Below are positions 19,216-28,871 of a stretch of DNA of 64,000 nucleotides, piece after piece; position 1 is the stretch's first letter, and each line of letters starts with the position of its first letter. Where the stretch lies: positions 43,171-107,170 of the forward strand of contig CBDCLY010000006.1 in assembly GCA_965218715.1 (NCBI GenBank), written 5' to 3'. This DNA is from Vicingaceae bacterium (lineage in GTDB: Bacteria; Bacteroidota; Bacteroidia; Flavobacteriales_E; Vicingaceae). The position numbers and the translations under genes are program-made. The notes beneath the pieces are model-generated. The model searched no databases, had not been told where the DNA came from, and saw nothing but the letters and a program-made list of their open reading frames with translations.

Positions 19216-19776
19216 CTATTTTTTTGGAAGATTATCGGTTAGGTAATGGATCAAAAAGGCATGACCAATTTCAACATAGCCATAGTGCTCTGCATCTAAC
19301 CAAATGTTGGTATGACCAGCTTTCCGAAGAGGATTTTCCGATTTGAATCCTGAGAAAGTTAAAACTTCTGCCCCTTTTTCTTTGGCTACCTCGCAAGCAT
19401 TAATGATGTTCTTAGAATTACCAGAACTGCTAATGGCCAACAAAAAATCTCCTTTATTGATCAATGTTCTTAGCGGCTGTGCAAAAACTTGCTCGTAGCC
19501 GTAATCATTTGCCATACAGGTTAACATGCTATTGTCTGTAATGGCTTGTGCTTGAAAACCACAGGCATTGACAAAGTCAACTGCAGCATGAGATGCAATT
19601 CCACTGCTACCACCATTCCCAACTAAATACACCCTTCCTCCTCTGTCTTTTAATTCATTCAAAGACTGAATCAGGTTTTCAAAAGTTTGATCAAGATCTT
19701 GCACATTATTATGTGAATCACTTGCTTGAGTTTTACTCAAAACAGATTGAAAATCAGAAAGGTAAGATGAAAACAT
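19216..19776 (-). CDS. gmhA: SIS-domain sedoheptulose-7-phosphate isomerase-like protein
   Basis: GNGGS, NDYGYEQVF and ISSSGNSKNIINA motifs align with E. coli GmhA (GNGGS, NDFGFNDIF, ISTSGNSANVIKA). Confidence 0.72.
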   Translation of the reverse strand: MFSSYLSDFQSVLSKTQASDSHNNVQDLDQTFENLIQSLNELKDRGGRVYLVGNGGSSGIASHAAVDFVNACGFQAQAITDNSMLTCMANDYGYEQVFAQPLRTLINKGDFLLAISSSGNSKNIINACEVAKEKGAEVLTFSGFKSENPLRKAGHTNIWLDAEHYGYVEIGHAFLIHYLTDNLPKK

Positions 19777-19777
19777 A

Positions 19778-21310
19778 TTAAGCTAATAAGGTTTTAAGGT
19801 ATTTCAATAAATCTGTTCTCCGAATGTAAGATTTATTGCCGACAATTTTAACGGCCAAAGATCCAACTGCATTGCCTACAAAAGCAATTTCTTCTAGGCT
19901 AGCGCCATTTGCTGCTAACAATGATGTAATGGATAAATAAGCATCTCCTGCACCAATGGTATCCACAACATCGGTATTATAAATGGGAGCTAAAACTTGT
20001 TCGCCTTCTGAGCTCATTACACTAGTGCCATTAACTCCTAGTGTGACAGAAGATAGTTTTACATTACACAGTTCATTCAATTGCTTTTGAATTTCGTGTG
20101 TGTTCTGGTGTTTTTGATGAAGTGCTAAGTGTGCTTCTCCTCTATCAATTGAGAAATAATCGCATTGTTGGTATTTTGTCAATAAGTTATAGCCCATATT
20201 GGCGCTATTGGTTTGCGCATTCACAGATAGGTAATTGCTCTGCTTAACCAATACCTCAATGATTTCTTTGCTGAGAACCCCATGGCCAAAATCTGCAATA
20301 AGGCTAAGGTTACTGTCTTTAATTTCTTCTTCAATTAATTTGATCAATTGCTCTTCCACTTCTTGTTCAAGAGGTCGATCATCAATTTCCATCACTTCAA
20401 ATAGTTTGTGACGAAAAACTTGATCAACAATTCTTGATTTTAAAACTGTAGGTCGATTGGGCGTTTCAACGAATTTCCATTTTACCTTCTCGTGCAGATT
20501 TTCTTCTATAAAAGATCGATAATTGGCATCTCTATTTTCTCCAAAGGTGCTGATCAATACTACTTCATCAACAAAATCTGCCACGTGATTGGCAACAGCA
20601 AGTACACCGCCAGCATACAATTCTGTTACTCCTCTGGTTGCAGTAATGGTGGGCGATTTAGACGCTTTACCAACTGGTCTAACGTATTGGTACTCATCTA
20701 GAATGATGTCTCCAATAATGAACACCTTTTGTTTTTTAATCTCATCGAAACTCTTGTTAAAATGATCTGACGAGAATTTTGCTTTAATCTTATCCAAAAA
20801 CTCTTTGGCTTTTTCATCTTTATGATCAAAAAATTGATTGATAAGTTTAGACGAACTGAATTGAACTTCTTCGGTAAACACCAATTGTCCGCCATACTTC
20901 TCAGCTTCTTCTCTTTCTAGAATAATTCCTCCGCTAACATCTTCAGCGCTATTTTTATAGTCTTGTCCCTTTACGTAGAAATCGGGTTGAATGGCCTGAA
21001 TTGCTGGAATGGCAGTAGCAGCGAAATTAACCGCTACAAAATCGATTACTTCTAAAGCAGCTAAATTCTCAGCCCTTATTTGATGATTAAAAAAGGGACG
21101 ATCCGGACCTTTATTAACGTGTTGATCTTCTGTAAGTGTAACCACCAGAATATCTCCAAATTCTTTAGCGGCCTCAAAGTGTTTGATGTGGCCATGATGA
21201 ATTAGATCAAAACAGCCATGACAATGAACCACTTTTTTTCCATTCTTCTTATGCGCTTCAAGGTGGCTATGAACCTCTTCTAGTTGAACAACTTTCTTTC
21301 CCAACTTCAT
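19778..21310 (-). CDS. Bifunctional nucleotidyltransferase (N-terminal, HxGH) / PfkB sugar kinase (C-terminal). HldE-like with reversed domain order.
   Basis: N-terminus CFDLIHHGHIKHF matches the cytidylyl/adenylyl-transferase signature. C-terminus DTIGAGDAYLS matches PfkB signature 2. Confidence 0.72.
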   Translation of the reverse strand: MKLGKKVVQLEEVHSHLEAHKKNGKKVVHCHGCFDLIHHGHIKHFEAAKEFGDILVVTLTEDQHVNKGPDRPFFNHQIRAENLAALEVIDFVAVNFAATAIPAIQAIQPDFYVKGQDYKNSAEDVSGGIILEREEAEKYGGQLVFTEEVQFSSSKLINQFFDHKDEKAKEFLDKIKAKFSSDHFNKSFDEIKKQKVFIIGDIILDEYQYVRPVGKASKSPTITATRGVTELYAGGVLAVANHVADFVDEVVLISTFGENRDANYRSFIEENLHEKVKWKFVETPNRPTVLKSRIVDQVFRHKLFEVMEIDDRPLEQEVEEQLIKLIEEEIKDSNLSLIADFGHGVLSKEIIEVLVKQSNYLSVNAQTNSANMGYNLLTKYQQCDYFSIDRGEAHLALHQKHQNTHEIQKQLNELCNVKLSSVTLGVNGTSVMSSEGEQVLAPIYNTDVVDTIGAGDAYLSITSLLAANGASLEEIAFVGNAVGSLAVKIVGNKSYIRRTDLLKYLKTLLA

Positions 21311-21319
21311 TTTGTAAAA

Positions 21320-22306
21320 TTACTTCAAGTATTTAAACCAATCTTCTGTAGCCTTTTCAATTGAACCACTGTCCCAAACCGGCGCCTCTCTCCAATAATC
21401 AATATTATCTAGCATATTTTTTACACCATCTTCTATGCTAACTTTTGGTTCCCAACCTACAATTCTTTTAATTTTTGCAGTATCCGCAAAGGTACAATCA
21501 GGCTCTCCTGGTCTTTTCGGAATAAAGATTTTTTCTCCTCCCAATAATTCAACCAATCGGTTTACTGAGTAATGATTATTACTTCCAACGTTAAAATCTT
21601 CTCCAATAGCCTCTTCACAGTCTGAAGCTACCACACAAGCATCAACGATATCAGTTACGTAGGTAAAATCTCTTGTTTGAGTTCCATCACCGACCACCGT
21701 ATAAGGTTGATTGGCTAGCTTTTGCGCCAAGAACACACCAAAAACGGCTCCGTATGTACCACTAGTTCTTGACCTAGGGCCATAAACATTAAAGAATCGC
21801 ATAGAGGTCGTTGGCAACTTATAAATTTTATGCCAATGCTGAACATATTGCTCTCCAATGTATTTAGTTAATGCATAAGGGTATTGTGGGTCAATCGGTG
21901 TTTTTTCCGGTGTTGGGTAGGTATCTGGAATTCCGTAACAAGAAGAAGATGCCGCGTAAACAAAACGTTTAATCTCATGAATTCTTGATGCTTCTAAAAC
22001 ATTGATGGTTCCATCGACATTGGAACGATGGTATTTTTGTGGCTCCTTAATGGAAGGCACAATGTCTGCTAAGGCAGCAATATGAAAAACCTTATCTACT
22101 CCTTTAAAGTAGGGTTCAATACTATCGAAATCAGCAATATCACAAACGTGTACTTCTAAGTTGGAATTTCCTTTTTGATGCTCTAGGTTCTGAATTCTTC
22201 CTGTAGAACAATTGTCGATGACAATTACCTGGTGGCCATCCTTCAATAAACGATCTACCATGTGGCTACCTATAAAGCCACAACCTCCTGTTACCAGTAT
22301 TTTCAT
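21320..22306 (-). CDS. Extended SDR NAD-dependent sugar-nucleotide epimerase/dehydratase
   Basis: GGCGFIGSH; SSSCYG...YALTK catalytic Ser and YxxxK. Confidence 0.8.
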   Translation of the reverse strand: MKILVTGGCGFIGSHMVDRLLKDGHQVIVIDNCSTGRIQNLEHQKGNSNLEVHVCDIADFDSIEPYFKGVDKVFHIAALADIVPSIKEPQKYHRSNVDGTINVLEASRIHEIKRFVYAASSSCYGIPDTYPTPEKTPIDPQYPYALTKYIGEQYVQHWHKIYKLPTTSMRFFNVYGPRSRTSGTYGAVFGVFLAQKLANQPYTVVGDGTQTRDFTYVTDIVDACVVASDCEEAIGEDFNVGSNNHYSVNRLVELLGGEKIFIPKRPGEPDCTFADTAKIKRIVGWEPKVSIEDGVKNMLDNIDYWREAPVWDSGSIEKATEDWFKYLK

Positions 22307-23337
22307 TTCCCTTTTACTTTTTTAATCAATTTAGAAAGTTTCCCTCCTGTAGATGCGTCTATTTTTCTTTTTAATTCAAGCATTTTTTGCTGACTTCCTA
22401 CATTTTCCTGTGCCTCTACCTCTGTTTTAGTTGGTCTAAATATTCTTGGGATGCCATGAAACTCGCGTTTATCAACGGCATGCATCTTATACTCTAATGT
22501 GAATCCTACCTCAGCTTGGATGTATTCATCTATGTTTAAGGTATGCGTTGGTCTCCAGCTATTCCCGTGATCTCTAATGTATAATGCACCATCTGGTTTC
22601 AGAATCCTTTTAAATTCTTTTAAAACATATTTCACCAATTGTTCATTCAATTCTTGCAGGACTTGAACAACAATAACTTTATCTAGAAAATTGTCTGGAA
22701 TCAAATCAAAGCGCCAAGTTGGTAGGTGAAAAATTCCTTTTGAGGAATTTTTCATTTCAAAACCTTCTCTATCGAACACATATTCCGTTTGAGGCCGGTT
22801 GATATTGGAATAATAAAAATGCTGCAAACAGTAAGATTTTGGAATTGCATCCATGGATATGTGCAAGTAATCTTCATTCTCCATTTGATTCCACAAATTT
22901 GCTTGTCGGCCAAAGCCAGAACCAAAATCCAAAACCCGTTTTGGTTCTTCTTCGTTATTCATTGAGTAGAAATTGGCCAGTAAATAATCCTGCGCATTGT
23001 TTCTTGCAAGTCCATTTTCATACCCTTCAAAATCAAAGCTCAAGTTATATTCTTCAACCACTTTTCTGTCGAAGGCTTCTGCCTTTTCCATTAATGGTTT
23101 CATTAATCTTTTCGGGAATTGGTCGAGTTTATCAACCTTAAGCCAATTCATCCATTCTACGATATCCTCTGGCTCCTTGTATTCATAAAATGATTGCGGC
23201 AATCCATCTTTGTAATTTAACTGACGGCTAGTTAACGTATCTTGATAAGACCAGTTGACCATCCAAGATTCTATATACTTTTGATCAGCATCATAGGCCT
23301 TCCTAAAGGCTTCTAATATATTGGAATTGTATTTCAT
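22303..23337 (-). CDS. Putative class I SAM-dependent methyltransferase
   Basis: Motif I-like VLDFGSGFGRQ and post-II LKPDGALYIRD. The remainder is unrecognised. Confidence 0.55.
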   Translation of the reverse strand: MKYNSNILEAFRKAYDADQKYIESWMVNWSYQDTLTSRQLNYKDGLPQSFYEYKEPEDIVEWMNWLKVDKLDQFPKRLMKPLMEKAEAFDRKVVEEYNLSFDFEGYENGLARNNAQDYLLANFYSMNNEEEPKRVLDFGSGFGRQANLWNQMENEDYLHISMDAIPKSYCLQHFYYSNINRPQTEYVFDREGFEMKNSSKGIFHLPTWRFDLIPDNFLDKVIVVQVLQELNEQLVKYVLKEFKRILKPDGALYIRDHGNSWRPTHTLNIDEYIQAEVGFTLEYKMHAVDKREFHGIPRIFRPTKTEVEAQENVGSQQKMLELKRKIDASTGGKLSKLIKKVKGK

Positions 23338-24425
23338 TAATCAAAAAATGATTGAATTGATTGGATAACAAAACCAACCTGATCATCGGTCAATTCTGGA
23401 TATACGGGTAAACTTAAGATTTCTTGAATCTGCTTTTCTGTTTTTGGGAATGAATTGATTCCTTCGGTGGTAAAGGCTTCTTGTTGATGTATTGCAATCG
23501 GATAATGCACCTTTGTATCGACACCCTTTTCCATCAAGTATTTTTGTAATGCATCCCTATGAGAAGTCATGATGATGAAAGTATGGTAAACTGGCTTCTC
23601 GAATTCTTCTTCATTTGGAGTCCAGACCAAGTCTTTGAGAGCTTCCCTGTACTTTGAAGCGATTGCTCTTCTTCTTTCTGTTGCTGCTTCTAAACGTTTT
23701 ACTTTCACATTCAGGATAGCTGCATGCAAGGAATCCAATCGAGAGTTGATGCTCCAAAATTCACACTCATCACGACTTTTCATGCCATGGGTTCTAGCCT
23801 TCATTAACCAATCATAAATTCCTTGATCATTGGTAGTAATCATTCCAGCATCACCGGTAGCGGCCAAATTCTTCAAGGGGTGTAAACTAAATGATGCAAT
23901 CTTGCCTAGGCTTCCAACTGGTTTGCCTTTATACATTGCTCCCACGGCCTGAGCTGCATCTTCAATGATTGAAATTCCGTGTTCATCTGCAATGGCTTGC
24001 AGTTCATCCATTTTTGCTGGTCTACCAGTTAAATGAACGGCTATGATTGCCTTTGTGTTTTTATTGATTTTTTTGGCTACTTCCTTAGGATCTAAATTAT
24101 AATCATCACCTACATCAGCAAAAACAATCTTGGCACCTATCAAAGCGATAGAAGAAGCAGAAGCCAAATAAGAGTTAGGTGCTGTGATTACTTCATCACC
24201 TGGCCCTATTCCTAAAGCCCTTAAAGAAAGCATTAATCCATCTGTACCATTGGCGACTCCAATTGCGTATTTGGTTCTACAAATTTTTGCGAAACTTTCT
24301 TCAAACTGCTTGACTTCATCACCAAGAATAAACATACCAGAATCAAGCACTTCTTCCATTTTTTGAAGAATTTCAGACTTGTCCTCTTGGTATTGAAGGC
24401 CCAAATTAATGTAGGGTACTCGCAT
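23337..24425 (-). CDS. DegT/DnrJ/EryC1/StrS family PLP-dependent sugar aminotransferase
   Basis: GDEVITAPNSY, IIEDAAQA and SFSLHPLKNL (PLP lysine) motifs. Confidence 0.9.
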   Translation of the reverse strand: MRVPYINLGLQYQEDKSEILQKMEEVLDSGMFILGDEVKQFEESFAKICRTKYAIGVANGTDGLMLSLRALGIGPGDEVITAPNSYLASASSIALIGAKIVFADVGDDYNLDPKEVAKKINKNTKAIIAVHLTGRPAKMDELQAIADEHGISIIEDAAQAVGAMYKGKPVGSLGKIASFSLHPLKNLAATGDAGMITTNDQGIYDWLMKARTHGMKSRDECEFWSINSRLDSLHAAILNVKVKRLEAATERRRAIASKYREALKDLVWTPNEEEFEKPVYHTFIIMTSHRDALQKYLMEKGVDTKVHYPIAIHQQEAFTTEGINSFPKTEKQIQEILSLPVYPELTDDQVGFVIQSIQSFFD

Positions 24426-25402
24426 TATTTCAATTCTATGTTTTGCATTAATTTCACATTGAAATACCTTTCATTTTCAAAAGAGTTTTGAATCTTTCCA
24501 GCTTCAAAAGCATCCTTTAAGTCTTGAACTGCATCTTCTATGCTGTGTTTTGGAGCAAAACCAATTTCATCTTTGATGTATTGAGAAGAAATGTGGTAAG
24601 ACCTGTTATCATCTGAATGTTCTGTTCGAACATCTACTTCACCAACTACCTTTTTCACCATTCCAGCGATTTCTTTCACTTTAAAGTTTTCATATCCAGC
24701 ATTAAAGATCTTCCCATGTATCTTTTCATGTGGTAGTTGAAGCAGAAGGATGTATAAATCCGTCATGTCTTGAATGTGAATATTTGGTCTTTTTTGTTCG
24801 CCTCCAAAAACTTTAATAAAGCCTTTATTGATTGCAAAATTTGTCAAGATATTTACTGTTAAGTCCAGTCTTAACCGAGGAGAATAACCACAAACTGTTG
24901 CCGGACGAATGGTAACACAAGTAAAATCATCTGACTCATGTCTTTTCAAAATCTCTTCACATTGTGCCTTGAATTTTGAATAATCTGTTAAAGGTTCCAA
25001 TTCCATGTCTTCCGTCACATTTGGCACTTCCTTTATGCCATAGACAGACGATGAGGAAGCATAAATGAATCGTTGAACCCCTGATGATTTCGCGATCTCT
25101 ACCATTGGCTCAAAAGGATCTAGATTGATGGACTTTCCTAAATCTGGATTCAATTCAAAGCTTGGATCATTTGAAATGCATGCCAAGTGTATGACTGCAT
25201 CATGTCCTGGAATCAATTTCTTTAATAAGTCTAAATCTCTGATGTCGCCTTTAACTGCATTTAGGTTCTCATGCTGAGGCAATACCTCTTCTCCATAAAT
25301 CATGAGGTCTAAAACAGTCAATTCAAAACCTTGATCCAACATTTTTGGAACCAATACTGAGCCTACATAACCAGCTCCTCCTGTAATAAATACTTTTTTC
25401 AT
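24425..25402 (-). CDS. Extended SDR NAD-dependent epimerase/dehydratase
   Basis: GGAGYVGS; SSSSVYG...YSKFK. Confidence 0.8.
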   Translation of the reverse strand: MKKVFITGGAGYVGSVLVPKMLDQGFELTVLDLMIYGEEVLPQHENLNAVKGDIRDLDLLKKLIPGHDAVIHLACISNDPSFELNPDLGKSINLDPFEPMVEIAKSSGVQRFIYASSSSVYGIKEVPNVTEDMELEPLTDYSKFKAQCEEILKRHESDDFTCVTIRPATVCGYSPRLRLDLTVNILTNFAINKGFIKVFGGEQKRPNIHIQDMTDLYILLLQLPHEKIHGKIFNAGYENFKVKEIAGMVKKVVGEVDVRTEHSDDNRSYHISSQYIKDEIGFAPKHSIEDAVQDLKDAFEAGKIQNSFENERYFNVKLMQNIELK

Positions 25403-25403
25403 T

Positions 25404-26171
25404 TTATAAATAATTATATCTTTTTAGCTCTGAAGCTGCTATGCTTTCTATACTCTCTTTGTCCTGGTCACTTATTGTTGCAACTGTACCTTTCCCCCAT
25501 CTTTCTTGGAAAGAACTCAATAATTCTTCTTCAAAATCCAATCCCAAGAATTCACAGACTTTTTTAATTGTAGCCTCTGGCTGGTGAATTAAATCTTCAT
25601 ATCGAACAGGCAAATATTGTTTACTGTATTGTGGGTGTACCTCAAAAAAACGTCTTACTCGAGCATTCAAGGCCAACCAACTTCCAGCCACTTTAGAAGC
25701 ATCATCATCCATTTCATGACGGACTTTAAACGACTTAAATGAATCGATTGGATTTCGAATTAAATGGATGGTCTTAAAATCTGGGAAAGCCTTATAAATT
25801 GCTTCTAAGTCTGGGTCTTTGGGAATTGGAGAACCCATACAAATTTCGCCAAGGATGTGAGTCTCCTGATCAGAAGAATTCAAATAGTTTTCAGAAATTG
25901 AATTGAAATAATGTTTTAATCCTTCTACACGACCATGATCTGTGCTCTCTTTCAAAGCCTTAAGATGATCTTTCAAATCTGGCATTGATCTAGCCTTGTG
26001 AACTTGGGCTGTAATGTCCAATGCCAAGGTCATGTCACTGGTATTAAAAATCCATGGGTGAACCATTGCTGTTTCATGCACTTTAGAGTGTAGTTTAAGG
26101 ATACTTCTACACAACCATCTGCCACCTGAATGCGGCCACCAAATAACTCCTGATAATTCTTTCCTCAACAT
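25404..26171 (-). CDS. Sulfotransferase family protein
   Basis: 5'-PSB-like WWPHSGGRWL and 3'-PB-like IRNPIDSFKS, plus the YEDL motif. Confidence 0.62.
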   Translation of the reverse strand: MLRKELSGVIWWPHSGGRWLCRSILKLHSKVHETAMVHPWIFNTSDMTLALDITAQVHKARSMPDLKDHLKALKESTDHGRVEGLKHYFNSISENYLNSSDQETHILGEICMGSPIPKDPDLEAIYKAFPDFKTIHLIRNPIDSFKSFKVRHEMDDDASKVAGSWLALNARVRRFFEVHPQYSKQYLPVRYEDLIHQPEATIKKVCEFLGLDFEEELLSSFQERWGKGTVATISDQDKESIESIAASELKRYNYL

Positions 26172-26325
26172 GAAATCAAAATTCCCCCAAAGGTACTAAA
26201 GAGAAGCGATTTAAACTGGTTTAATGGCAATTTGCCTGCTAAGATTTGTTAAGAAAGGAGGAGTTTGAATACTTTTTTCGATTCAGATTAAATTCAGGCT
26301 CTAAGAACTGGTCTTTAAAAACCAT

Positions 26326-27555
26326 CTAAAAGGATTCCAAAATGGACTCATTAAACTCATGAACTCGATGAATCTGGTTTTCAATTGTAATTGACTCCCT
26401 ATTTTTCTCTAGGTTTTGTATCAGCTCTTGATAATCCAATTCATCCAAAATTGGCAAAACATCATGAAAGTTCAACTTATCAACTCCGATTGCCAATCCA
26501 TAATGACTGAGCAGGAGCCTTTGATGCCCCATATCCTTGGAAATTAAAACAGGCAGGGCAGATTCAATGTAGTTGAATATTTTTAAGCTAGATGAATATT
26601 GCCTTTTTAATGGACTCCGACCAGTATCTTCATTAAAAAAAGGAATTAAACCAAAATGGTATTGCGATATTTCATTTGCCAATTCATCTGGGTTTAATGA
26701 CTCGTGCATGTGAAAATGATCATGCTTTTTATCCAAAGCAAAGTATTCATCATAAATTACTCGATCCATGTTGGGATTGGGGTAAATGTGGAAATGAATC
26801 CCTTGCTTGTCTAGGGTTTGAATTAACCAATGCATTTGAATGTTCCCATGTTCTTTAGGATCATCTTGACTTCCTCTAACGGAGCCAACATAAACAAAAT
26901 GCCATGAACCATCATCAATTTTCTTATTTCCCTTTTTATTTTTAATGGCCTCGCAATAGTTTGGGAAATACAACCTTTTATCATGCTTTGTGAGCTGAAA
27001 TAATCGAGTTGCTAAACTTAATTCAAGGCTTTCTGCAATTAGTCCATTAGCATGTTGGAAACTGTATTTTTCTGAAGGCAATTCCTTTCTTAAATACCAA
27101 TGAGGTGGATTTAATCCATGTGATGCAACTGAGGTGTCTTTAATGTTTAGAACTACAGGAATCTTAAATTCTTGAATTAAAATTTGAGATGTATAGCAAC
27201 GTCGCGTAAACACATGGGCCAATTGAATGGGCCCAATTTTTTTAATTTTCAAGCGAAAATCCCAATGATTTCTATAATAGATGACTTCCTTGAATCCTGC
27301 CTGTTCAAAAAGGCCATCCAGCTTTGAATGCGGCAATAACATTTTTGTAGGATTGGGTTCCTTCTTTTTGAAGGCTTGATAAAAACGGATAATGTCAATT
27401 CGAGGATCTTCTGTAGTAAATAATAAGCAAGTGGCTTGATTATTCTTACTGTTTTTGAAGGATAAATGATAAAGGAGGAAATCTATTCCGCTGCTGGAAT
27501 AGTATTTAAAATGCCTTAAATACTTGGGAATGGAGCTATTTAACTTTCGAAACAA
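26326..27555 (-). CDS. Divergent GT-B-fold glycosyltransferase-like protein (weak call; otherwise hypothetical)
   Basis: 409 aa. GT4-like landmarks only: HVF...IPVVLNIKD, YFPNY, FVYVGSVRG and SLKIFNYIESALPVL. No strong signature. Confidence 0.4.
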   Translation of the reverse strand: MFRKLNSSIPKYLRHFKYYSSSGIDFLLYHLSFKNSKNNQATCLLFTTEDPRIDIIRFYQAFKKKEPNPTKMLLPHSKLDGLFEQAGFKEVIYYRNHWDFRLKIKKIGPIQLAHVFTRRCYTSQILIQEFKIPVVLNIKDTSVASHGLNPPHWYLRKELPSEKYSFQHANGLIAESLELSLATRLFQLTKHDKRLYFPNYCEAIKNKKGNKKIDDGSWHFVYVGSVRGSQDDPKEHGNIQMHWLIQTLDKQGIHFHIYPNPNMDRVIYDEYFALDKKHDHFHMHESLNPDELANEISQYHFGLIPFFNEDTGRSPLKRQYSSSLKIFNYIESALPVLISKDMGHQRLLLSHYGLAIGVDKLNFHDVLPILDELDYQELIQNLEKNRESITIENQIHRVHEFNESILESF

Positions 27556-27619
27556 TTTAGTCCTTAGATTTCTGCATAAATGTACAGCAATCTATCTTAA
27601 AAATTCTCTAAAAAATGGT

Positions 27620-28843
27620 TTAATGTATTATTTGCACCAAGCCATTGGAGCTATGTGCAGCACCTTTTATTGCACAAACATACATTCCATTTTGCAAATC
27701 GCTTAAATCAATTTGATTCGAGAATGGAATTGATTTCAACAATTTCCCTTCTATTGAATAAATTTGAATTACATCGTTTTTAGAATAAAGCTCATGACCA
27801 ACAATGTTTAAGATTCCACTACAAGGATTAGGGTAAATTTCAAGATTTATTTTATCCGAAGAACCAACAGCATCATCTATCCCTGTCGAAATACTGAAGT
27901 TTAAGAGGTTTACATTCTTATTTGGAGTAGTTCTATTTGTACCATAACCAGAAACAACATAAACAGAATTTCCAATTCCAAAAGAGAGTGGATAAAATGC
28001 ATACAAGGTATTTTGAGTTTGTAAACTAGTCCAAGAATTAGTTGAAAGGTCTAAAACATAATAATCTGAAAGTGCGTTTCCAACTCCATATCTTGCTCCT
28101 CCACCTACAACAACTTTATCTCTATAAACAGCATCTACTACTCCAAACCTTCCTGTACCTGGAAAATCTGGCATTGCGGTCCATGTATCAGTTAATGGAT
28201 CAAATGACCAAATGTCTTTAAAGTCAGTAGAACCATTGTGTCCCATTCCAAAATAAACCTTACCATTCCAAGAAAATGAGGTACCAGTAGCTCTGCTACC
28301 TAGTGGACTATTATTTATTCGAGTCCAAACTTTTGTAGTAAGGTTTAGCTTCCAAAAATCGTCATCATAGGGGTGACTATAATTTTCTGTTCCACCTCCA
28401 ACAACCAAATAATTGTTTGCAATTGCACCAAAGCTGTTTCTACCCCCATTACCAGGATAAACGGGCAATGTATCCCAAGTATTTGATAATTGTTTGTAGG
28501 AATATAAATCTTTGAAAGTGGTACTACTGTTCCATCCTAAGCCGATTATTCCAAGGCTATCATTTCCTGCACTGATTCCTGCTCCTCGCTTAGCTCCATG
28601 AGCAAGGCCCAAATTTTGCCAAGTATTATTAGTTGGGTCAAATGACCAGAAGTCATTTAGATAAGTTGAATTAGAAACTGAAGATTGAGCTCTTCCATGG
28701 GTAATGTATGCCTTCCCATTAATTACAAAATCACTTCCTCCTAATCGCTGAGAACCAGGAAATTGACTTTGATTTTGCCATTGCAATTGAGCAATTGAAG
28801 AAAAACTTAATAAGGTGAGAATGAGAATAGCTAGTTGTCTCAT
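27620..28843 (-). CDS. Kelch-repeat beta-propeller protein with T9SS C-terminal sorting domain
   Basis: Signal peptide. Six repeats of the type DFWSFDPxTNTW / DIWSFDPLTDTW / YYVLDLSTNSW. CTD: IYPNPCSGILNI...IYSIEGKLL...GMYVCAI. Confidence 0.8.
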   Translation of the reverse strand: MRQLAILILTLLSFSSIAQLQWQNQSQFPGSQRLGGSDFVINGKAYITHGRAQSSVSNSTYLNDFWSFDPTNNTWQNLGLAHGAKRGAGISAGNDSLGIIGLGWNSSTTFKDLYSYKQLSNTWDTLPVYPGNGGRNSFGAIANNYLVVGGGTENYSHPYDDDFWKLNLTTKVWTRINNSPLGSRATGTSFSWNGKVYFGMGHNGSTDFKDIWSFDPLTDTWTAMPDFPGTGRFGVVDAVYRDKVVVGGGARYGVGNALSDYYVLDLSTNSWTSLQTQNTLYAFYPLSFGIGNSVYVVSGYGTNRTTPNKNVNLLNFSISTGIDDAVGSSDKINLEIYPNPCSGILNIVGHELYSKNDVIQIYSIEGKLLKSIPFSNQIDLSDLQNGMYVCAIKGAAHSSNGLVQIIH

Positions 28844-28871
28844 GGCGAGTATTTTTTTTAAAATTATGGAA

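Noticed and set aside
26239-26325. 28-codon ORF (MVFKDQFLEPEFNLNRKKYSNSSFLNKS) starting directly after the stop of the 409-aa gene
   Set aside because: It has no hydrophobic or Cys pattern, no coupling at its 3' end and low-complexity content. It is indistinguishable from chance in an AT-rich spacer.
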